From: Dehalococcoidia bacterium
GTDB lineage: Bacteria > Chloroflexota > Dehalococcoidia > Lucifugimonadales > UBA3495
Direction of reading: 5' to 3'
Assembly: GCA_965204715.1 (NCBI GenBank)
Contig: OZ242009.1
Location: 54,396-118,395, forward strand
DNA length: 64,000 nt
Shown here: piece by piece, positions 50,747 to 60,755 of the stretch
How the letters are laid out: every line of letters begins with the position of its first letter
Numbering within the stretch: the first letter of the stretch is position 1
Translations under genes and position numbers: made by a program
Notes under the pieces: model-generated
Seen by the model: only the letters and a program-made list of their open reading frames with translations
Database searches by the model: none
What the model was told of the DNA's origin: nothing

Positions 50747-51670
50747 CTATCCCATCGGGTTGCGCATGGCGGCGAACATGTACACCGTAGCGTAAGTGCG
50801 CCAGGGTGACCAACGGGCGCAGAACTCCTCAACCTGAGCGTCTTCAATGGGTTCACCCTGGAAGTAGAGAGCTGACATCGTCCGCCGGAGGGCCAGGTCG
50901 CCCAAGGGCAAAGCATCGGGGCGGCCCAGGGCGCGCACCAGGAGCCATTGGGCGGTCCAGTTGCCTACGCCCCGCAGCTTCGTTACCTGGCTAACTACTT
51001 CCCGGTCCTCAAGGAGGCGCAGAGACTCCAGGCCGTCAGACTCCTCCAGGGCGGCGAGGGCGATACCGCGAATGTACTCGGCCTTGCGCCAGCTTAATTT
51101 CATCCCGCGCAGCTCTTCCACCGGCAAAGCCGCCAATGTTTCCGGGCGGGGAAAGGCGTAGTACCGAAAGCCGTCCACGTCCAGGTGGGGGCCGTAGGTC
51201 TCGATCAGAAGGGTGCGAATAATCCTGGAGACCTGGGTGCTGATCTGCTGCCCCAGTATGGCCAGCACCAGGGCCTCGAAGACGGATGCGGTGTGGGGCA
51301 GGTGCAGTCCGTGGAACCGCCCGGTGATTCCCGACATGGTCTCGTCGCCGCTGGCCATGTCGTAGAAGGGCCGCAGGTCCTGTTCGGCCCCCAACAGCCA
51401 GCTTACCAGCGCCGATGCCTTGGTTTGGCTGTCATCGTCCAGGCTTTGGCCCTGCAACCTGACCTCCAGCCGCGGCTCCTCAACGCTGCCCGCGGAGGAT
51501 ACCGACGCCAGGACCAGATTTCCGTCCAGGTCGAGGAGGCGGCGGTAAACACCGTTTTCCAGGGAGTCAGAGCCGTACCGTGCCTGGTAGTAAGTGTGAT
51601 ACCCGGCGGTAATGTCGAAGCTGAATGGAGCGACCGGTTCCAGGATCACAGTTCCCTGTTCAATGTTCAC
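50747..51670 (-). CDS. alkA: DNA-3-methyladenine glycosylase II
   Basis: AILGQQIS, HhH LRGVGNWTA, GD, WSPWRTYA. Confidence 0.88.
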   Translation of the reverse strand: MNIEQGTVILEPVAPFSFDITAGYHTYYQARYGSDSLENGVYRRLLDLDGNLVLASVSSAGSVEEPRLEVRLQGQSLDDDSQTKASALVSWLLGAEQDLRPFYDMASGDETMSGITGRFHGLHLPHTASVFEALVLAILGQQISTQVSRIIRTLLIETYGPHLDVDGFRYYAFPRPETLAALPVEELRGMKLSWRKAEYIRGIALAALEESDGLESLRLLEDREVVSQVTKLRGVGNWTAQWLLVRALGRPDALPLGDLALRRTMSALYFQGEPIEDAQVEEFCARWSPWRTYATVYMFAAMRNPMG

Positions 51671-52257
51671 CGCAACTCCACCAGTCCCAGGTCAGCGTAG
51701 ATTGCGCCCTGTGGGGTCAGAGTGCTTTGGACCAAGTGTACCGTCCCAATTTGCCAGGGTTCCACCGGCGGCAGAGTGGTGGACGACACCGCATCTCCGA
51801 TGGCCCGGCGCTGTCTGGGAGTGGCACCGTCGCGCACCCGACCGATGGTCAGGTGGGCGCGGAATGGCCTGGGCTCCCGTCGAAAGCCAGCTCCGGTCAT
51901 GGCCGTTTCCACCGCATCCTGAAGGCTTGCCAGGGCGTCCAGACCGCCGCCGACTCCGGCCCACAATACCCGTGGCCGCTCACGGTTGGGGAACATTCCC
52001 AAGCCTGACAGTACCAACGAGAATGGAGAATGGTCGCGGCAGGACTCTTCAACAGCCTCCAGCAACTCGCCTGTCCGGCTCGACGATATGTTGCCCAGAA
52101 ATTTCAAGGTCAGGTGTATGCCCTTCGGGTCCGCCCAGCGGACTTGACGGCCCGTGGTATCCGCCAATTCTCGGATTGTCCGGTCAAGGGTCTGCCGCGC
52201 CTGCTCCGAAATGTGAAGGGCAATGAAGGCCCGTATCTCCGTCCCGGGAGCTGTCAT
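51667..52257 (-). CDS. thpR: RNA 2',3'-cyclic phosphodiesterase (2H)
   Basis: HLTLKFLG and HLTIGR motifs. Confidence 0.92.
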   Translation of the reverse strand: MTAPGTEIRAFIALHISEQARQTLDRTIRELADTTGRQVRWADPKGIHLTLKFLGNISSSRTGELLEAVEESCRDHSPFSLVLSGLGMFPNRERPRVLWAGVGGGLDALASLQDAVETAMTGAGFRREPRPFRAHLTIGRVRDGATPRQRRAIGDAVSSTTLPPVEPWQIGTVHLVQSTLTPQGAIYADLGLVELR

Positions 52258-52259
52258 CT

Positions 52260-52811
52260 CTAGTCCCGTCCAGCCGTCTCCGCCAGCAACTCCCCCAAAC
52301 GGCGGTACCACTCCGACAGGTCGTTTACCGAATAGACGGCGTTGGCCGGGCTGGGATTAGGCGTGACGAAGATGCGTGTGTTGCCGATAAGACGCGGCTG
52401 TAGGCCCAAATCCGGCGATTCCCTGACCCCCTCGGCGTAGCGGAGATACGCCTTGAACGCCGTGACTCCGTGGAAATTGGCGACACGGGGTTGAAATTGC
52501 AGGAGCTTGTCACGGAGCACCGGGGACCAGTGACGGAAATCTGCAGCCTTTAGTCCCGAACCTTGGGCGGTGGCCCGCTTCACCACGTCGGTAAACCCGA
52601 TGCCGCGGTCAAGCAGGCTGGCGTCATCCTCGGGGCCCAGGGGGTCAACGCCTGCAAGCCCGGAGAGGTTCAGGGCCGGCCAGAAGCGGTTGCGCGGGTT
52701 GGCGAAATAGTGGCCGGTGCGGATGGATGGAAGAGAAGGGTTCAGGCCGACGAACACCAGGTCAAGACCCTGGCGAAGATAGTCCGTCAATGTTGGCGTC
52801 TCTTCCATCAA
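52260..52811 (-). CDS. mug: Mismatch-specific DNA glycosylase
   Basis: GLNPS, HYFANPRNRFW, PNPSPAN. Confidence 0.9.
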   Translation of the reverse strand: MMEETPTLTDYLRQGLDLVFVGLNPSLPSIRTGHYFANPRNRFWPALNLSGLAGVDPLGPEDDASLLDRGIGFTDVVKRATAQGSGLKAADFRHWSPVLRDKLLQFQPRVANFHGVTAFKAYLRYAEGVRESPDLGLQPRLIGNTRIFVTPNPSPANAVYSVNDLSEWYRRLGELLAETAGRD

Positions 52812-52848
52812 TTACTCCAATTGCTCCTGATTTGTTTTCGAGACTAAG

Positions 52849-53688
52849 CTAGAACCCAAACAGAGCTGCGGCTGTACCTGCTGTGATATCAGACCGCGTC
52901 TCCGGGTCGAGTCCGGCTTCGTCCATGTGCTTCAATGACCTGGAGGCGGACATCAGAGGGTAGTCGCTGGCGAACATGATCCTGTCCGGTCCCACCAGCC
53001 GTGCGACTTCATTGTAAACCTTGGGCTGGTATAGGAATGGGCTGGCGGCGGAATCGAAGTATACGTTGCGGATTAGATCAGGGACTTCGGGCATCAGCGC
53101 ATAGAAGGGCAAGCCGCCGCCCCAGTGGGCGCAGATGATGACGTTTTCCGGGAAGTCACAGATGAACCTGTAGACCCTGTCAGGCGTGGTACGTCCCTTG
53201 CCGGGGTACTCGTGACCCACCGGCTCTGAACAGTGAATCAGGACGGGCAGCCCCAACCGCCGGGCCGTGTCCATGAGGGGAAACAGGGATTCCGCATTGG
53301 TGATGTCGAATCCCTGGGTGTCCGGGTGCAACTCGCCTATGCCGCTCAGCCCGCGGGCCGCGCAACGTTCCACCTCCACCACCGCCGCTTCACCCCAGAC
53401 GGGGTTGACCGTGCAGAAGCCCGTTAACCTGCGGGGATAACGGTCTACTGACTCAATGATGTAGTCGTTGTTCTCCTGCGCCAATTCCTGGCTGGACCAT
53501 CCCAGGCCCATTGCTACGGCCCGGTCCACACCATCGCGGTCCATGTCGCGGACCAGCGCATCAGCAGTGGCCAGCCTTCCCCTGGGAGTGGAAAACATGG
53601 AGGCAAAGGTCGCATCCCTGCCAGCTAATTCGGCGCGACGTGGTTCGAATTCGGGCGGCGTAATATGACAGTGGGCATCTATCAGCAT
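52849..53688 (-). CDS. Amidohydrolase_2 family protein
   Basis: IDAHCH, GIGELHP, AHWGGG, FASDYP. Confidence 0.88.
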   Translation of the reverse strand: MLIDAHCHITPPEFEPRRAELAGRDATFASMFSTPRGRLATADALVRDMDRDGVDRAVAMGLGWSSQELAQENNDYIIESVDRYPRRLTGFCTVNPVWGEAAVVEVERCAARGLSGIGELHPDTQGFDITNAESLFPLMDTARRLGLPVLIHCSEPVGHEYPGKGRTTPDRVYRFICDFPENVIICAHWGGGLPFYALMPEVPDLIRNVYFDSAASPFLYQPKVYNEVARLVGPDRIMFASDYPLMSASRSLKHMDEAGLDPETRSDITAGTAAALFGF

Positions 53689-53702
53689 TCGATGCGGCCC
53701 CA

Positions 53703-53735
53703 ATTATAGATACACTGTAATGCGGTAGTGTATCT
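53703..53735 (-). promoter_or_regulatory. TATAAT -10 box overlapped by inverted repeat AGATACACT-N10-AGTGTATCT
   Basis: -10 at 53703-53708 on minus strand; IR arms 53708-53716 and 53727-53735. Confidence 0.6.
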
Positions 53736-53860
53736 CCGTTTGAAATTCACGAGTTTTGGACGCCCTTCTACGACGAGGCTTGTAGCGGCCTTTTGGCCCT
53801 GTCATGAGAAACTTGGCCGACACCATATTTGGCAGCCATTCCATGATCAATTACATTGAA

Positions 53861-54022
53861 CTATTCCGAGGATGCCCGGTCAGTAAGCACAGAACCCAAC
53901 TTAGCAAGCCAGCAAGCTAAGAGGACAATTACCGTGCCAATTATAGCGTTTAGTATCAATAGCCCATTGAAGAAACCCCAGATAATGATTGCTGCACCGA
54001 ATATAAAGAGGCCAATGCCCAT
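53861..54022 (-). CDS. Small two-TM membrane protein (53 aa, below ORF-track cut-off)
   Basis: MGIGLFIFGAAIIIWGFFNGLLILNAIIGTVIVLLACWLAKLGSVLTDRASSE. Confidence 0.45.
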   Translation of the reverse strand: MGIGLFIFGAAIIIWGFFNGLLILNAIIGTVIVLLACWLAKLGSVLTDRASSE

Positions 54023-54060
54023 CAAGAGCAGAAAAACAACCCGTAGACCCCATCAACCAC

Positions 54061-54438
54061 TTATCGGCCATCGCCTGCCGCACCCAAGTCTGGCTCTGCA
54101 TCTCCAAATAGCTGCCGCAGGGCCTCCAGCCACTTGCCGTCCTTCGGGCGGATATTGACGCACTGTTCATCTGCTTTTGGAACCTCGTGAGGCGGCACAT
54201 CGTCAAATAGACACTTATCCACCTCCCGGCGGTGAATAAAGTTGCCGGAGCGAATTGATCTGAAGGTGAAGAAAGCCACACCGCGCCCGTTGTCAGCAGC
54301 GTTCAAGTATGCCCCAGCGAGAATTCGCTTCCCACGACGTAGGGCTTTGTTTCGGGTACTCCAGCTTTCAGGAGACCAGATACCCAATTCATCGGCCAGC
54401 AGTCGGCGACAGTCTTGATAATTCATTATGGGAATCAT
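54061..54438 (-). CDS. Hypothetical protein in low-GC islet
   Basis: 125-aa ORF; no family recognised. Confidence 0.45.
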   Translation of the reverse strand: MIPIMNYQDCRRLLADELGIWSPESWSTRNKALRRGKRILAGAYLNAADNGRGVAFFTFRSIRSGNFIHRREVDKCLFDDVPPHEVPKADEQCVNIRPKDGKWLEALRQLFGDAEPDLGAAGDGR

Positions 54439-54631
54439 ATAAGAAATGTCCGGGGTGATGAAAGGTCAAAGCCCACGATTTCAAACTAAGACACTAGCCG
54501 CCATCTGATTACCTAGACATCCCGACAAGGGCGGGCTTATAATTTGTTGCGCCGAATTTCGACCCTAGATTATTTGCGCATGGCTCCAACCCAGTAAAGA
54601 CCATCCGGCGCAGGTCAAGCGGGGGTGAGAG

Positions 54632-55492
54632 TTGACCACGAGGGACACAGCAGGAAATGGCAGCAGGACCGGGACAACTCCGGGGCATGACGCCGAATCG
54701 TTGGCCCTTCTGGCCAGGGAATTGCGGCGCGATGTTATCCAGTCCATTTATACCGCAGGGAGCGGCCATGTGGGCGGCTCGCTGTCGGAGTTGGACATTC
54801 TCGTCTGTCTCTATTTCCGGGAGATGCGTCACGATCCCGCCAATCCCCAGTGGCCCGACCGGGACCGGCTGATCCTCAGCAAGGGCCACGCTTCGCCCGG
54901 CCTGTACGTAGCGCTGGCCAAGGCGGGGTATATCCCCCACGATGAGCTTGAGACTTTCCGCAAGCTGAATAGCAGGTTACAGGGACATGCACACCCCATG
55001 GTGCCCGGAGTCGAGATGAACTCGGGGTCCCTGGGGATGGGGCTTTCCTTTGCCCTGGGATGCGCCCTTGCCGCCAGGATGGACAACCGCGACAGCCTGG
55101 TCTACGCCATCCTGGGTGACGGAGAGTGCGACGAGGGTGAAGTCTGGGAAGCCGCGATGTCCGCCTCTCACCACAAGGCCACCAACCTCATCGCCTTTGT
55201 GGACCGGAACCGTATTCAGAATGACCGGCACACCGACGAAGTGATGACCCTGGAACCGCTGGCGGACAAGTGGCGCGCCTTCGGCTGGCGGGTATTCGAG
55301 ACTTCCGGCCACGACTATGCGGATCTGCTTGATACCATCGGAAGGGCAAAGCAGGATCGCACTCAACCAACAGTGATTATCGCCCACACGGTCAAGGGCA
55401 AGGGTGTCTCCTTCATGGAGGATAACCCGGGGTTTCATGGCCGTGCGCCCAACCAGGAAGAGTTTGAAGCCGCGATGAAGGAGCTCGCATAA
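54632..55492 (+). CDS. Transketolase N-terminal subunit
   Basis: SGHVGGSLS, LSKGHA, GDGECDEG ThDP motif. Confidence 0.95.
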   Translation: MTTRDTAGNGSRTGTTPGHDAESLALLARELRRDVIQSIYTAGSGHVGGSLSELDILVCLYFREMRHDPANPQWPDRDRLILSKGHASPGLYVALAKAGYIPHDELETFRKLNSRLQGHAHPMVPGVEMNSGSLGMGLSFALGCALAARMDNRDSLVYAILGDGECDEGEVWEAAMSASHHKATNLIAFVDRNRIQNDRHTDEVMTLEPLADKWRAFGWRVFETSGHDYADLLDTIGRAKQDRTQPTVIIAHTVKGKGVSFMEDNPGFHGRAPNQEEFEAAMKELA

Positions 55493-56442
55493 TGGCCGCA
55501 CAAAGGCAGATGGCTTCCACCCGCGAGACCTTCGGCAGGACCCTGCTGGAGCTGGCTGATGAACACCCGGAAATTGTGGTGCTGGGCGGCGACCTGAACG
55601 TCTCGGTGTTCACCCATTTGTGGAGGGACCAGTACCCCGACCGGTTCTTCGACTTCGGCCCGGCAGAGCAGAACATGGTCGGCGTGGGCGCGGGTATGGC
55701 AGCGTCGGGGAAGACCCCATTCGTAAGCACATTCGCAGTCTTCGGCGTCGGCAGGCCCTTTGACCAGTTGCGGGTGTTGGTGGCCCAACCCCACCTGAAC
55801 GTGAAGCTGGTCTGCACTCACGCCGGTATCCTCACCGGGGAAGATGGCATGTCGGCCCACGGGATCGAGGATCTCGCATTGGCCTGCGCACTGCCCGGGT
55901 TCACCGTGGTATGTCCGGCCGACGCTGTGGAGGCAGCCCATGCGGTGCGCGTTGCGGCAAAGACCGAAGGCCCTTTCTACGTCCGGCTATCCCGGGCCAA
56001 CACGCCGGTAGTCCATCACGAGGGCTATGAGTTCAAGCTTGGCGCGGCGGAGGTAATTCGGGACGGCGGAGACGTATCGATAATCGCCACCGGGGTCATG
56101 GTGTCGGTGGGGCTTGACGCGGCGGACCTCCTGGAACAGGAGGGCGTGTCGGCTCGTGTGGTAAACATACATACCCTCAGCCCAATTGACGAACCGGCAG
56201 TCCTGGCAGCGGCTCGGGAGACCGGGGCGATAGTCACTGCCGAGGAACACCTGGCCCACGGCGGTCTTGGCAGCATCGTGGCCCAGGTTGTTGGCAGGTC
56301 CAACCCCGTCCCGATGGAGACGGTTGCCCTGAACAGTTATAGCGAGTCCGGCAGGGCGGATGAACTGATGGCCAAAGCCGGGCTGACCCCGGAAGCAGTC
56401 AGAGACGCGGCCAGGCGCGCGCTCAAGCGCAAGGGGGCCTGA
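55492..56442 (+). CDS. Transketolase C-terminal subunit
   Basis: AEQNM, GEDGMSAH, AEEH...GGLGS. Confidence 0.95.
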   Translation: MAAQRQMASTRETFGRTLLELADEHPEIVVLGGDLNVSVFTHLWRDQYPDRFFDFGPAEQNMVGVGAGMAASGKTPFVSTFAVFGVGRPFDQLRVLVAQPHLNVKLVCTHAGILTGEDGMSAHGIEDLALACALPGFTVVCPADAVEAAHAVRVAAKTEGPFYVRLSRANTPVVHHEGYEFKLGAAEVIRDGGDVSIIATGVMVSVGLDAADLLEQEGVSARVVNIHTLSPIDEPAVLAAARETGAIVTAEEHLAHGGLGSIVAQVVGRSNPVPMETVALNSYSESGRADELMAKAGLTPEAVRDAARRALKRKGA

Positions 56443-56547
56443 TTCCCGCCATTTCTTTTATGAAGCCGGGATGCCCCCGCATGAGTGAGTTGGTTCAGGC
56501 CGGAATCACGCCAATTGAGGTACTTGCAGAAGCTCGATGCGACGCCC

Positions 56548-58212
56548 CTACAACCCCCTGATGGACTCGATTGTGCCATCCACGTAGAGAATCTGGATGG
56601 TTGCCAGTACGCTCCGGTCCAGCATCGCCGCCTGGTCTGCGTTGCCCTGGGTGCGCATGTTGGCCAGCAACTCGCCCACTGTCGCATTGCCGTCGATCAT
56701 TGAGACCAGCCTGGCCACCAGGCCGCTGGCCGGGGTGCCCTCGGGCTGGCTGACGGTGGTGAGGACAGTGCCCCACACGAATTCGCCCTCGCCCAGTACT
56801 GCTTTCCGTTGGACGAGGACACCGTCGGACAAGCTGGGCACAGCCGTGAGAAGACGGGAGCCTCCGGCGCGCGCTTCGGCCATCGCTTCCTCCCACCGTA
56901 CCCGTCGCGCCGCCCGCTGACCCTCCACTTCTCTGACACTGGTCACGAAGTCCCCAGGCGGCTCGCCCTTCTCCAATACCGCGCGCTCGTACCCTCGCGG
57001 AGGCTGTCCAGCCACGGCCTGAATGAAAGAGTGCCGTGGCGAAAACTTGCCGTCCCCGTTCAGCAACCGCCTCGCCTCCCAAAAGTAACCCTCGGAGGCC
57101 AGGTTGCTGGAGTAGAACAGCCGGGCCAATTCCCGGAAGTGGGAGTATTCCTTGAAGTAAAGCTCCTGGTAGGCGTCGGCTGCCGCGGGAGCAAGTCCGG
57201 GGTCCTTCAGCGCCGTTGCCACGTAGGCGGCCGCCAGAACGCCAGACATCAGGGCCAGATGCACCCCAGAGGAGAACAGCGGGTCGACGAAACATGCCGC
57301 GTCTCCGGCCAGGACGTACCCATCGCCCGCAAGACGGCGGCAGACATAGGACCAGTCTTTCAGGATGAACGGGCCGGAGACCATCTCGGCGTTTTGCAGC
57401 ATGGCGTTCATGTGGGGCGCGCCTTCAAGCTGGTTTTCGAGGAAGCGGCGGAGACCTTGTTCCCCAACGTCTCTCTGCCCGCTCTCGCTGTCAACCACCG
57501 CGCCGATGCTGGCCCATCCAGTGTGCAAGGGGATGTTCCAGAGCCAGCCCCTGGGATGGGCCTCAATGAAGATGTTGGTGGCGTCGCGTCCCGGAAGTCG
57601 TTTGCCGCCGGTGAAGTATCCGTAAACGGCCAGGTTACGAAAGAAGGGGTCCCAGTCCCGGAGCCGGAGCTTGCCGGAGAGCAGCCCACCCTGCCCACTG
57701 GCGTCCACCACGAATGACGCCGCTGACTCTCGCTCTGTACCTGTGTCGTCAATGTACCTGACCCGTCCGGGCCCGCCCCGCGCACTGCCGCTTTGGGGAC
57801 CAAGAAGCACATCAATGACCCTGTGGCCCTCTCGGACATCCACTCCGTGGGCGCGGCTGTTTTCAAGAAGTATCTGGTCGAACTGGGGCCGCCATACCTG
57901 GTAGGAATGGGGGTAGCGGGTGTTGGTCTCCTCGAAGTACCAGCTCCAGGGTTTCTGGCCGGTCCCCCACACCATAGTTGCGCCGTACTTGCGCAGGAAC
58001 CCGGCCGCCTCTACCTGATCGAGTACGCCCAATTCCTGCAACACCGGAACGCTGGCGGGAAGCATGGACTCGCCCACGTGGTCCCTGGGAAATCTCTCCC
58101 TCTCCAGCAAGAGAACGTTAAATCCCTGGCTGGCGAGCATGGTCGCAGCAGTGGAACCGGCAGGGCCGCCCCCTATGACGGCCACGTCGGGGGAGGAGTG
58201 AGAATGGGTCAC
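56548..58212 (-). CDS. Flavin-dependent halogenase with C-terminal winged-helix extension
   Basis: GGGPAG, FPRDHVGES, GFLRKYG (catalytic Lys position), WLWNIP, GDAACFVDPLFSSG. Confidence 0.88.
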   Translation of the reverse strand: MTHSHSSPDVAVIGGGPAGSTAATMLASQGFNVLLLERERFPRDHVGESMLPASVPVLQELGVLDQVEAAGFLRKYGATMVWGTGQKPWSWYFEETNTRYPHSYQVWRPQFDQILLENSRAHGVDVREGHRVIDVLLGPQSGSARGGPGRVRYIDDTGTERESAASFVVDASGQGGLLSGKLRLRDWDPFFRNLAVYGYFTGGKRLPGRDATNIFIEAHPRGWLWNIPLHTGWASIGAVVDSESGQRDVGEQGLRRFLENQLEGAPHMNAMLQNAEMVSGPFILKDWSYVCRRLAGDGYVLAGDAACFVDPLFSSGVHLALMSGVLAAAYVATALKDPGLAPAAADAYQELYFKEYSHFRELARLFYSSNLASEGYFWEARRLLNGDGKFSPRHSFIQAVAGQPPRGYERAVLEKGEPPGDFVTSVREVEGQRAARRVRWEEAMAEARAGGSRLLTAVPSLSDGVLVQRKAVLGEGEFVWGTVLTTVSQPEGTPASGLVARLVSMIDGNATVGELLANMRTQGNADQAAMLDRSVLATIQILYVDGTIESIRGL

Positions 58213-58235
58213 GGGAACCGTCTCATATACGAGGA

Positions 58236-58455
58236 CTACGGAATGAGTTTGACCGGCGCAACAGTCACGCTAACCGTGGTAAGAGCTAAACCGGCCATCC
58301 ATTTGATCAGCCGGACCTCTGCTGCCTTAATCTCAGCTCGTACCTCGGCCCGCATCTCATCCCTGGCCGGCATCATTTCCATGCGAATCCATCCGAACCA
58401 TCAGTTGCTGAAATGAGCCCTCCAACCAGCTTACCCGTTCTTCCAGCGTAGTCAT
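58236..58455 (-). pseudogene. Frameshifted small coiled-coil + C-terminal TM protein (DUF1640-like)
   Basis: MTTLEERVSWLEG... then shifted frame EMRAEVRAEIKAAEVRLIKWMAGLALTTV. Confidence 0.55.
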
Positions 58456-58501
58456 TCAGCCCTTAAACCTTATCCACTTCACCGGCAACGCATGAGAAAC
58501 G

Positions 58502-58536
58502 GTCTTAGTCCCAACACAGGCAGTCAGGACTAAGAC
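58502..58536. terminator. Hairpin downstream of LLM gene
   Basis: GTCTTAGTCC/GGACTAAGAC inverted repeat; no clear T-run. Confidence 0.4.
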
Positions 58537-58554
58537 TTGCATTCCCCCGTTGCG

Positions 58555-59850
58555 CTATGCGTCCGCTTGCGCCCCTGGAGCTGCCGCTGGAATAACCGGA
58601 GCATTGCCCTCGTAGGGCTTGCTAGTGGCCGGGTCAACCTCGAAGGGGCCGGGCAGTTCCAACTCCTCGGCCATCTCGCGGACGGCGGGCAGGACCTCCT
58701 GCCCCATGAGCCGGAGGCTGCGCATGGCGTCGTCGTGAGTCATCGCGCCGTCTCCGTCCCAGAAGAAGATGCTACCCGGGCGGATGGTCTCCAGGACGTG
58801 CCGGATCTTGGGGATGACACTGTCGGGCGTGCCGGAGATTATGGTGTAGTTTTCGACCTGCTGCTCGTAGGGACGCCCCAACGCACCGGCGGGACCGGCA
58901 TTGCCGCCGCGGGCGCGGGTGGCCACCGCCTGGGTCGGAAGCACCCGGCGGCGGGAGGTGAGGCCGGGGAGGTTCAGCAGCGCCGGGTTTACCGTCCCTT
59001 CATTGCCTGCCAGGAACGGATTGCTGGGACCCTGTACGTACTTACGGCCGGCCTCCTCGGCTAATTCCTCGGTCTCATCAACGTGGACCTTCCACAGGTA
59101 GCCGATGTTCTGCGGCCCGGACTGGTAGCCCAGTTCGGCGGCGGTGTCGTGGTAGAGCTGGAACGCCTGCCGGGTGGGTTCCATCTCAGTAGCCAGCATA
59201 ATATACGGTATCCGCTGTTCCGCAGCCCACATGAGGGAGTCGCGGCTGACCACTCCCGGCAGCCAGACGGGCGGATGAGGCTTCTGATAGGGCTTTACCC
59301 AGGGGTTAACGTGGCGGTAGTGGTAGTGTTTGCCCTCCCAACGGAATGGACCTGGGGTCGTCCATGCCTTGATGATAAGCTCATGGGCTTCCTTGAACCG
59401 CTCCCAGTTGTAGTGCGGCTCTATGTTGTGGGCCACGCTCTCCCGCCCGGTGCCGCGGACCCAGCCGGAAACCAACCTGCCCCTCGAGATCATGTCGATC
59501 ATGGAAAGCTGCTCAACCAGCCAGAGAGGGTCGTCCCAGATGGGTATTATGTTCCCCAGAAGCACGATCTTGGCCCGGTTGGTGATGCGGGCCAGTATGG
59601 ATGCCTCGACGTTCATCGCGCCGCCCATGCAGAAGGGAGTACTGTGGTGCTCGTTGAGCATCAGCCCGTCGAATCCCATCTCCTCGGCGTAAATCTTCTC
59701 GTCCAGGTATCGGTTGTACAGGTCAGACCCCAACTCGGCGTCGTAAATGTCGTTGCTGACATTGAGGTCCATGATCGGCTTGCCGGTGGCCCCGAAATAC
59801 CCGGACTTCGGGTCCTGGTACGGCCTCTCAGTGAAGTATCCAATGAACAT
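58555..59850 (-). CDS. LLM-class flavin-dependent oxidoreductase
   Basis: GFDGLMLNEHH, ISRGRL, PYQKPHPP. Confidence 0.92.
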   Translation of the reverse strand: MFIGYFTERPYQDPKSGYFGATGKPIMDLNVSNDIYDAELGSDLYNRYLDEKIYAEEMGFDGLMLNEHHSTPFCMGGAMNVEASILARITNRAKIVLLGNIIPIWDDPLWLVEQLSMIDMISRGRLVSGWVRGTGRESVAHNIEPHYNWERFKEAHELIIKAWTTPGPFRWEGKHYHYRHVNPWVKPYQKPHPPVWLPGVVSRDSLMWAAEQRIPYIMLATEMEPTRQAFQLYHDTAAELGYQSGPQNIGYLWKVHVDETEELAEEAGRKYVQGPSNPFLAGNEGTVNPALLNLPGLTSRRRVLPTQAVATRARGGNAGPAGALGRPYEQQVENYTIISGTPDSVIPKIRHVLETIRPGSIFFWDGDGAMTHDDAMRSLRLMGQEVLPAVREMAEELELPGPFEVDPATSKPYEGNAPVIPAAAPGAQADA

Positions 59851-59954
59851 CTCGATTCTCCTTCCGGTATCGGCTGCGAGGCTCCAGCTACGCCAGGGAT
59901 TCTAACAAACGGGTAAGACTCAAAGACTTGTCCCCAGGCAGGCCGCAGTGGTAG

Positions 59955-60755
59955 CTATGACGCCAGGAAGCCTTTGACCAAGCCCACGAACTCGTCGGTC
60001 TTCTCGATCTCAGGGTGATGTCCGCAATTCTCCAGCACACTGAGACGGGAACCTGCTATAGACTCCTGGTATACCTGTGCAGCGCTGACTGGGACGATAT
60101 TGTCCTCCCGCCCCCAGACAATCAGCGTCGGAAGCCGCTTGACCCTGTGCAGCAGGTCGGGCAGACCCGGATAGAACATGTAGGGACGCCAACTGAGCCT
60201 ACATGCCTCCTCACGAGCCACTTCCCAGGCTTCGGCCAACTCAGGGCCGGGTTCATCGGGGCAGACCTGTCTGAACTCAGGGGTATTGTCAGGGTCGTGG
60301 AACCCGGCGGCCAGAAAGTCCCTGGCGACCACCAGGAACATATCGTATATATCGCCCGACGGAGGCCTGATGCCCGCCGGTCCGGCCAGCACCAGTTTGC
60401 GGAACGTGTCCGGGGACATGGTAGCCATTTCCGCGGCCAGCCAACCGCCCAGGGAAAACCCCATCAGGTTGGCCCCATTGAGGCCCAGATCGTCGATGGC
60501 CTCAAGATACCAGCCCGCCAGGTCGCGCATGTTCATTATCCATTCCTGGCGCTCGGTCTGGCCGAAGCCCGGATGAGACGGTATATGAAGGCTATAGTCC
60601 TTGGCCAACTCGTCCTGGTACCTGAGCCAGGTCTGGTGTCCCAGTTCGTCGTGGAGGATAATCAGGGGATCGCCGCTCCCTGCCCGCACGATCTGAAGTT
60701 GAGTGCCCCCGGCCTCTACGAATTCCTCGGTCCATGCTTGAGCGCCATCCGCCAT
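59955..60755 (-). CDS. Alpha/beta hydrolase
   Basis: PGFG, GFSLGG nucleophile elbow, WGRED, CGHHP. Confidence 0.9.
   Translation of the reverse strand: MADGAQAWTEEFVEAGGTQLQIVRAGSGDPLIILHDELGHQTWLRYQDELAKDYSLHIPSHPGFGQTERQEWIMNMRDLAGWYLEAIDDLGLNGANLMGFSLGGWLAAEMATMSPDTFRKLVLAGPAGIRPPSGDIYDMFLVVARDFLAAGFHDPDNTPEFRQVCPDEPGPELAEAWEVAREEACRLSWRPYMFYPGLPDLLHRVKRLPTLIVWGREDNIVPVSAAQVYQESIAGSRLSVLENCGHHPEIEKTDEFVGLVKGFLAS

Noticed and set aside
58236-58455. Small ORF upstream of the halogenase as a RiPP precursor
   Set aside because: Frameshifted and resembles a coiled-coil/TM family, with no leader-core pattern.
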